DNA of 64,000 nucleotides, taken from assembly GCA_964016885.1 (NCBI GenBank), contig OZ024756.1, positions 30,070,001 to 30,134,000 on the forward strand, given 5' to 3'. Both the position numbers and the translations under genes were made by a program. Under the pieces are notes generated by a model, which was not told the origin of the DNA, searched no databases, and worked only from the letters and a program-made list of their open reading frames with translations. Of this stretch, positions 54,610 through 64,000 are shown piece after piece (position 1 is the first letter of the stretch; each line of letters opens with the position of its first letter). This DNA comes from Eledone cirrhosa. Lineage: Eukaryota.

Positions 54610-55358
54610 TACTATATGAAACCCTCTTCCAATACACCTCTCTATATCAGATATTACCAAACTCTCACCCTCTCTATATCTACTACACGAAATTCTCTTC
54701 GAATCCCCCTCTCTATACCTAGTAACACCAAACAACCCCCTCTTTCTATCTACTACACGCAACGCTCCTCCAATACCCCTCTCTATATCAAGTAACACCA
54801 AACAACCCCCTCTTTCTATCTACTACACGCAACGCTCCTCCAATCCCCCTCTCTATATCAAGTAACACCAAACAGCCCCCCTCCTCTGTCTACTACACTG
54901 AAATCTCTTTCAATGCCCCTCACTATACCAATAAACAACAAACTCTCCCCCTCTCTACATCAACCATACAACACTCACTCCCAATCCCCCTCTCTATATC
55001 AATTAACACCAAATTTCCCCCTCCCTATATCTACTATACGGAACTCTCTTCCAATACACCTCTCTATATCAATTAACACTAAACTCTCCCCTCTCTATAT
55101 CTACAATACAACACTCTCTCTCATTCCCTCTCACCCTATCCATCACTACCAAACTCTCCCACTCTCTATATCTAACAATACCGACAAACTCTCCTTCTCT
55201 CTATATCTTCTACACGGAACTCTCCTTCTCTCTATATCTTCTACACGGAACTCTCTTCTAATCCCACTCTCTATATCAATTACCACCAAACACTCCCACT
55301 CCCTATATCTACTACACGGAACTATCTTTGAATACCCCTCTCTATATATCAATTAACG
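54610..55358. repeat. ~70-bp diverged minisatellite, ~10 units
   Basis: AGTAACACCA at 54721, 54791 and 54861. Confidence 0.85.
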
Positions 55359-55565
55359 CCAAATGCGGAAGTGGGAATATAACAGCGCCGTTTATGATGA
55401 TGAGACCGTGAGGGACTGGAGACTTTGACAGCGTTATTTTCTCAGGAACTTCGTTGTTCTGGAAGTACTGTAGAAAGCTTATTTTCTTTTAGACTGAAGA
55501 AAGAATTGAAACTAAAAAGTACAGTATTTGTATCCCCAGCACACACAAACACACACGCACATAAA

Positions 55566-55634
<69 letters not shown>

Positions 55635-55865
55635 CATCTCCCCCCACGCGCAATGTTGTATATCCCTGGCTACGAGCGGAGTTGCTTAGATTACAATAAT
55701 TATCAACATATGTGATTTCTCGATTCTTGAAATAGATAATATATAATTCGTTTATTCTCTTGCATGCAGTTTATAAGATTAACTGCTATCCACTTACGCA
55801 AAAAAACACATGTATGTATGTATGAATGTATCTATCTATCTAAATATTTATATATACACACACAT

Positions 55866-55931
<66 letters not shown>

Positions 55932-56032
55932 TCGTGTGTATAAGTATACTTATATATATATATATATGTATACATATACACACAAGAGCCCATTGAATCG
56001 CTGCACCCTGTACCCTTGCTTTATACACACCC

Positions 56033-56117
<85 letters not shown>

Positions 56118-56423
56118 GCAGTACGATAAGTACACATGTACTCCGGGTTATATAGTAATATATCTAAAACCTGCACTCTGGAAAATTAACCTCATTTTTC
56201 CTCTTTTCTCCTTTCCATCATTTCCTTTCTTTCATTCTTCTAGTTTCCCTGCCCTCCATTTTCTTTCTCCTTTTTCATCTCATCCCTACATCTTCTGTTG
56301 TTGTTGAAATATATATATTCCTTTCTCCTCTATTTTCCTTTTCTTTTTCATCTCACTTATTTTATTATTATTATTTTTTTTCATTGGTTGGTTTTGGATT
56401 TTGATATGGTTTCGTGCTCTTGT

Positions 56424-56469
<46 letters not shown>

Positions 56470-56526
56470 GTGTGTGTGTGTATGTATATATATATGTATA
56501 ATTATATATATACATATATATGTATG

Positions 56527-56584
<58 letters not shown>

Positions 56585-56587
56585 TAT

Positions 56588-56645
<58 letters not shown>

Positions 56646-56812
56646 ATATGTATATATATATACACATATATATATATATACATATATACATATATATACA
56701 TATATATATATATGTATGTATGTATATATGTATATATATATATATAAATGTATATATATGCTTACGGACACACACACACATACACATACACACACACTCA
56801 CACACACACACA

Positions 56813-56845
<33 letters not shown>

Positions 56846-57275
56846 ATATATAAATACATATATACATACATATATATATGGTATCCATATATTTTTTCTA
56901 TCATTTTTTTGGAGGGGGGGGGGGATTTCTTGACATTCTTCCCCACACCTCACACCAATTTATTTAGCTAATTTGAAAGATTTACGATGCCAGATGGTTC
57001 TAACCACAGAATTAGTAAAACCAGGAAGGAAAATAGTAACTGAGAATACTGTCCTTATTCACCAAAAATGCAGAAGCGATATACTGATATTTTGAGATTC
57101 TGTGATTCTAATAGAACCCACGACTTATTCAGTATCAAAAAGACAAGAAGGCAAGAAGAGAAATTAAGAACGTGAGAGCACAAGACATTCTTCGTTCTGA
57201 GAAAAAAGATAAGAAGGTGAAAATACATTCAAAACGAACAGGCAACCCCTCATATCTTTCACCTCTATCAACAGG

Positions 57276-57377
<102 letters not shown>

Positions 57378-57618
57378 GGAATAGAATGAAACGAAATTTC
57401 ATTTCTCACTCTTAGTACGGCAGTTACTTAAATGTAAGTATGTATGTATGTATGTATGTATACGTACATACATATATGTATACAGACGTACAGTATTATG
57501 TATATATATATATATACATACATGCACATATATATGTGTGCATGTATGTATATATATATATATACATACTACTGTACTTCTGTATACATATATGTATGTA
57601 CGTATACATACATGCATA

Positions 57619-58063
<445 letters not shown>

Positions 58064-58188
58064 CATATATATATAAATATGTTAAAACAATGAAATAAAA
58101 TAAAAAAATAAAAAAATATATATATATGTATATGTATATATACATATATATACATACACACACACACACACTCAAACACATATATATA

Positions 58189-58441
58189 TGTTGATTTAAA
58201 ACTGCACTATCCACAAGTGTTTTTTAGCCTTCATATCATGTTCTCCTGTTTTATCTGATGAAAACACAAATATTATTGCATGATGATGTTTGTTTTTGAA
58301 ATGCGCATAATAAAATACATGGAACTCCTTTAACCATCTTTTGATCTTATATTATGTATACTCCAGTCCTACAAACTGTAGAGTGCTTCTTATCCGATAT
58401 CTGCATTGCTTTATTGTACTACAATAAAACTCACCTCCTAC

Positions 58442-58442
<1 letters not shown>
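58189..58442 (+). mobile_element. Family A element, colinear
   Basis: Reverse complement of 14748-15005. Confidence 0.78.
58249..58315 (+). ncRNA. Type I hammerhead ribozyme (family A)
   Basis: Same fold as 15066-15136. Confidence 0.82.
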
Positions 58443-58472
<30 letters not shown>

Positions 58473-58702
58473 AGTGTGTATTATGTGTTTTTTTCTCTCT
58501 CTTTGTCTCTGTCTCTCTCGGGCATACATACATTCTTTTTTTGTCTCTCTCACTGCGTTTTAACAACAACAACAACAACAACAACATGTTTCTCTTGCTG
58601 GTGGCCTTTCCGATAACGGATTCAGACAGCATTTAAAGCTGAAGAAACCACTCTGTCATTGTTTGAACTGAGAAGAAAAACAACAACCAATCCAAATTAA
58701 AT

Positions 58703-58856
58703 AAATGTTTCTACATTAGGCACAAGGCCAGCAATTTTGGGGGAAGGGGAAAGTCAATTAAATCGACCCAGTGCGTGACAGGTACTTTATTTTATCGACA
58801 GGATTTGAACTCAGTATGTAAAGGGATGTAACTCTATGCTACGAAGCATGGTGTCC
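58703..58856 (-). mobile_element. Degraded long-variant tRNA SINE
   Basis: Consensus match with an internal deletion. Confidence 0.75.
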
Positions 58857-58954
58857 TACATGGTGTGTGTATGATTGTATGTATTTATGTGTGAATGAAA
58901 GTATGTATGTATGTTTGGTAGAAATATGAATGTTTGTATATATGTATATCTGTA

Positions 58955-59294
58955 TGCGCGGGGACATAGAAATAATCGGGCTGGATACCCGACCGCGCGG
59001 TTAAATCACTAGGAGTGAAGGACCCCTAGCCTTCTAGGAGAAGGTAACTCAGGAAACTGGGATAGCTCCGACATAAAATCTTCGGCTCAGTAGTTACCGA
59101 TGATGTTGAACTTTTCTTCTTTTCGGGGTTATAGCTACTGTCGCTCAGACAGTGGGATTGGCTCAGTGCATTGTCTTCCCTCAATTATAAAAAAATCTTC
59201 ACGCACAGGCATTGCACGATATAATTAATTAATGATTATTAATAATGGTGTATCGTGCAATGGCCATACTCGATAACGAGGGGGCAGCCATCAT
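58955..59294 (+). mobile_element. Bipartite RTE-derived element, second family
   Basis: GACCCCTAGCCTTCTAGGAGAAGGTAACTC 5' UTR motif shared with ~59568-59612, joined to an RTE-type 3' end and a (GTAT)n tail. Confidence 0.65.
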
Positions 59295-59360
59295 GTTTGT
59301 ATGTATGTATGTATGTATGTATGTATGTATGTATGTATGTATGTATGTATGTATGTATGT

Positions 59361-59967
59361 CAGGTCACCAATTGGTGCTACTGGTAACATGTGTCCCAGT
59401 ACAATCTGTCTCATGGTCGGGTCATTGGTGACTAAACTGGCAGCCCCACCAAGGTTTCTTGGTGAGGAGGGTGACTTTGGACATCCTGCATGAGTAAAAA
59501 CAAAACCTGTCAAAGGGCAAAGGAGCTCTTAAGAGTCAATGTCCATCCAAAATCACCGGGAGAGATGACCCCCTAGCCTTTGTCAAGCAAAATTCTAGGA
59601 GAAGGAAAACTCTGATATAACACCTGCAACCCTGATGGTATCCAATGATGTTGACTTGCTCTTCTTTTTGGTAAATATCATCTTGGTTAAGAGAGTGGGA
59701 CTGGCTTTGTGCAGTGCCCTTGCTCACTATAAAAGCTTCACGGCACAGGCATTGCTTTGTATCTGGAGATCTCTCTGCACTTGTCGTTACATGGTACCAT
59801 GGGCCCAGCACTAAGTGTCAATAATTGTCACAAGTGTAGTGTTTGTACCAGAGTTTTCAAGTCGCTGGCTGGACTAAAAAGTCACACTCGTTCAGCGCAT
59901 CGTTAGGGCTTCTCCTACATGGATATAAAGTAGTGGCCGTACTCGAAAACGAGTTGGCAGCCACCAT
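59361..59967 (+). mobile_element. Bipartite non-autonomous RTE-derived element, ~610 bp
   Basis: RTE-like 5' UTR motif CTAGGAGAAGGAAAACTCTGA; remnant C-terminal C2H2 CSVCTRVFKSLAGLKSHTRSAH; 3' hairpin ACTCG AAAA CGAGT; (GTAT)n tail. Confidence 0.8.
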
Positions 59968-60279
59968 GTATGTATGTATGTATGTATGTATGTATGTATG
60001 TATGTATGTATGTATGTATGTATGTATAACGTGTACTTCTGTTATGCAGAACGTGAAGGTCAAAGGTCAAACGAAAGCGATAACAATCGAGTTCTGACAT
60101 GTTCTTTTTCAATCTTTCTTTCTTTGGTGGTATTTCAAATTTTTGGTTATTCCAACCTAGTTTCTTTCATTATACAGTAGTTTAATTTATGTTATTTTAT
60201 TCTACACCTTTTATCGATAGTGTTGTTGTTGTTGCTGTTGCTGTGACGTTGCTCATACTCTCTTATCTGAGCTAGTCCT

Positions 60280-60534
<255 letters not shown>

Positions 60535-60791
60535 TTTCGTGATACCGCATGAATTTATGTGTGATACTAGATTACAGTAAACGGTATTGCACCATATACA
60601 ACCGTTGGTGGTTAGACTCTACGAAATTATCCATGTTCTTTATGTAATTATGTGATGAGCTAGGGTTGCACATTTTACACCATTAAACAATTTATAGAGC
60701 AGTAATTTGACAGTGGCATACGATGCACTCGGTTTGGTACATTACCTACCGCACGGTCACCTGGTGGTTAATCACAGAGGCGTATATATAT

Positions 60792-60902
<111 letters not shown>

Positions 60903-60976
60903 TATATATATATATGGATATATATCTCATCGTTTCAGAAATGAAATCTATAAACTACACAAACGCACGTACGTAT

Positions 60977-61007
<31 letters not shown>

Positions 61008-61218
61008 CATACATATATATATATACATATACATATATATATATATATACATACATACATACATACATGCATACATATGTAGGTGCGTTTTGTGTATTTT
61101 ATAGATTTCGTTTCGTTTCTGAAACAAAGAATTATGATAAGACCACTCCCAGATAATTTCTTGTGTTGACAGCCAAGGAACATCTTTGTCGCAGACAAGA
61201 GAACGTTGTAAGCGATAT

Positions 61219-61809
61219 AATTGTTTCTACGTTAGGCACAAGGCCAGCAATTAACCAGTGCATTACTGGTACTTTATTTTATCGACCCGGTAAGGATGAA
61301 AGGCAAAGTCAACCTCAGCGGGATTTGAACTCAGATCGTAAAGGGACGTAACTGTGCTGGAAAGCATGGCATCCGACCCTCTACCGATACTGCCAATCCA
61401 CCGCCATTATATGATATATAGGGCAGTGGATTGGCAGTATTGGTAGAGTGTCGGACGCCATGCTTTCCAGCATAGTTACGTCCCTTTACGATCTGAGTTC
61501 AAATCCCGCCGAGGTTGACTTTGCCTTTCATCCTTACGGGGTCGATAAAATAAAGTACCAGTAATGAACTGGGTAATTGCTGGCCTTGTGCCTAAAGTAG
61601 AAACAATTATATGATATATAATTGTTTCTACTTTTGGCACAAGGCCAGCAATAACCTAGTGCATTACTGGTACTTTATTTTATCGACCCCGTAAGGATGA
61701 AAGGCAAAGTTAACCTCGGCGGGATTTGAACTCATAATGGCAAGGGCCGTAACTCTATACGTCAAAGCATGGCGTCCGACCCTCTACCCATACTGCCAAT
61801 CCACCGCCC
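61219..61809. mobile_element. Cluster of three young SINEs (-, +, -)
   Basis: Copies at 61219-61405, 61421-61605 and 61621-61809. Outer TSD TTGTAAGCGATATAAT; inner TSD ATTATATGATATATA. Confidence 0.93.
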
Positions 61810-62119
61810 TTGTAAGCGATATAATACAATTATTAAACACTTAAATCTTGAACAAGACACCTCCTGTTAACATAGTAAGTCACATACATGTAATACATGT
61901 AGATATATACATATACATATATACATACACTCACATAATGTCACACGCGCAAAGAGACACAGACACACTGTGACATATACATATATGTATATATTAGAAA
62001 TATGTTTTTATATATTCCATATATACTTTGATATACATGTATCTATGTATGTATGTATGTATGTATGTATGTATGTATGTATGTATGTATGTATGTATGT
62101 ATGTATGTATGTATGTATA

Positions 62120-62222
62120 TTCTCTCTTTCTCTTAATTTCGAGTATAATTTTGACCGGCCACCCTCCTGGTGGCAAGGTTGTAAAAGAAAAGAAATTGTC
62201 ATCTCTTGAATCGCAAGAATGT
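62120..62222 (-). mobile_element. R4-like LINE 3' end in (GTAT)n
   Basis: Reverse complement of ~3231-3330. Confidence 0.75.
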
Positions 62223-62386
62223 TATGTATGTATGTATGTATGTATGTATGTATGTATGTATGTATGTATGTATGTATGTATGTATGTATGTATGTATGTA
62301 CGTATGTATGTATGTATGTATGTATGTATGTATGTATGTATGTATGTATGTATGTATGTATGTATGTATGTATGTATGCATATGGT

Positions 62387-62874
62387 CAGGTCACCAGTTG
62401 GTGCTACTGGTTACATGTATCCCAGTACAACCTGTCTCATGGTAGGGTCGTTGGCGACTAAACTGGCAACCCCACCAAGGTTTCTTGGTGAGGAGGGTGA
62501 CTTTGGACATCCTGCAGGACTAAAAACAAAACCTGTCAAAGGGCAAAGGAGCTCTTAAGAGTCAATGGCCATCCAAAATCACCGGGAGAGTTGACCCCTT
62601 AGCCTTTGTATAGGCAGAATTCTAGGAGAAGGAAAATTCTGATATAACACCTGCAACCCTGATGGTATCCAATGATGTTGACTTGTTCTTCTTTTTGGTA
62701 AATATCATCTTGGTTAAGAGAGTGGGACTGGCTTTGTGCAGTGCCCTTGCTCACTATAAAAGCTTCACAGCACAGGCATTGCTTTGTATCTGGAGATCTC
62801 TCTGCACTTGTCGTTACATGGTACCATGGGACCAGCACTAAGTGTCAATAATTGTCACAAGTGTAGTGTTTGTA
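62387..62874 (+). mobile_element. Bipartite RTE-derived element, 3'-truncated
   Basis: Matches 59361-59847. Confidence 0.85.
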
Positions 62875-62949
62875 TATATATATATATATATATATATATG
62901 GATGGATAGATGGATGTTTCTCTCTCTTGACACACGCACACACACACGT

Positions 62950-63047
<98 letters not shown>

Positions 63048-63363
63048 GTCAAGCAAGTATACTCCCTAGTATACTTGCTTGACCTCCTGCCCTGCTGTAA
63101 TTGGCACTATCAACGCACGACTGGGTTTCCTCCACTCCCTCTCCCTCTTTCTTCTACTGGCAGGTTCAGCTACCCCTTCCTCCCACAAACTGCCATGATA
63201 GAATTATGTGTCTCAACAACAAACTTTTGACCAATCCTTGTGACAATCACTTTTACCATATATGGAATTACCCCCTGAGAAGCTCGGCTATTCATATACC
63301 AGGATAAACAGTCCAGAATTAGCCGTCGAAATGGCTTGAGCTCAGCCGTCGGGGTCCTACTCA

Positions 63364-63368
<5 letters not shown>
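63048..63368 (+). mobile_element. Family C element, longer tail-less arm with 5' fold-back
   Basis: 16-bp hairpin at 63048-63083; full hammerhead fold at 63270-63355. Confidence 0.65.
63270..63355 (+). ncRNA. Type I hammerhead (family C), core variant CTGAGAA
   Basis: ACCCC CTGAGAA G..CGGCTA-TTC..GAA-T-TAGCCG-TC GAAA TGGCT..AGCCG TC GGGGT. Confidence 0.6.
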
Positions 63369-63440
<72 letters not shown>

Positions 63441-64000
63441 GTATCTCTGTATATTTGTGTTTGTGTGTATGCCTGCGCATGTATGCATGCATGCATGTAT
63501 GTACGTATGTATGCATGTAAATATGTTTATACGTATCTATGCATGTACTTACATACCCACGTTTTTATGTACGTATGTATATATATATATGAATGTATAT
63601 ATCAATGTATATATGAATGTATATATGAATGTATATATATGTATACATGTTTATTTAATATAGCCTAAGTATTGCATATAATACTGTGATTATTTTGGTT
63701 AGAAACTCTATGGCGCCTCTTTTAGTTATTTCTCATAGAATTGCATTCTTCTTCACCCGATCCCTAGGATCTTCACCGATACAGGGATTAAGTTTATTTC
63801 ACACATGGAAAGGAAGAGCCAGTTATTTAACCCAAAAGCTAACCTCTTTCTTTGCAATTTAGACATCATCTACTGCGGTAGTGGTGTGTGTTTGTTGGTA
63901 TGGATTCATATATGTGTGTGTGTTGATATAGCATGTATACGTGTATTTGGATGTGTGTACATGTATGTGTGTATATGTATGCGTGTACATGTATGTGTGT

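Noticed and set aside
55360-55500. Possible minus-strand exon or ETS-site promoter
   Set aside because: Several frames and acceptors are equally plausible, with no supporting evidence.
59361-59490. HDV-like ribozyme at the RTE-derived 5' end
   Set aside because: Hairpins are present (GTCACCAAT/ATTGGTGAC, CACCAAG/CTTGGTG), but I could not build the nested double pseudoknot by eye; it needs a descriptor search.

Overview
This is eukaryotic, very AT-rich DNA saturated with microsatellites, with one 200-N gap. The SINE types and repeat landscape suggest a coleoid cephalopod such as an octopus; that assignment is inference. No host gene can be called with confidence, and nearly all ORF-track entries are simple-repeat translations. 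Real content: (1) an intact 5.8-kb L1/Tx1-type LINE (4846-10647) with a CCHC ORF1, an APE-RT-CCHC ORF2 and a 21-bp TSD in an (ATCT)n tract; (2) about 18 copies of a ~190-bp tRNA-derived SINE plus older CORE-like SINEs; (3) R4/Dong-like RLE LINE 3' fragments, bipartite RTE-derived non-autonomous elements with (GTAT)n tails, and an Ingi-like remnant with a 2A-like motif and a PHD finger; (4) Tc1/mariner- and piggyBac-type MITEs. The most striking signal lies in the short islands embedded in (TA)n tracts. They belong to several sequence-unrelated families that share one architecture: a type I hammerhead ribozyme fold (about 12 motifs with all three helices, a few with core deviations), frequent head-to-head inversion into palindromes, and a 3' tail. 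The tail begins with a covarying hairpin, RCTC-[upper stem-loop]-TN-GAGY, and the inverted arm stops just before it. These are most likely Penelope-like retroelement termini, and the shared hairpin is a candidate cis-signal for reverse transcription or insertion. All RNA structures were folded by eye and are untested.
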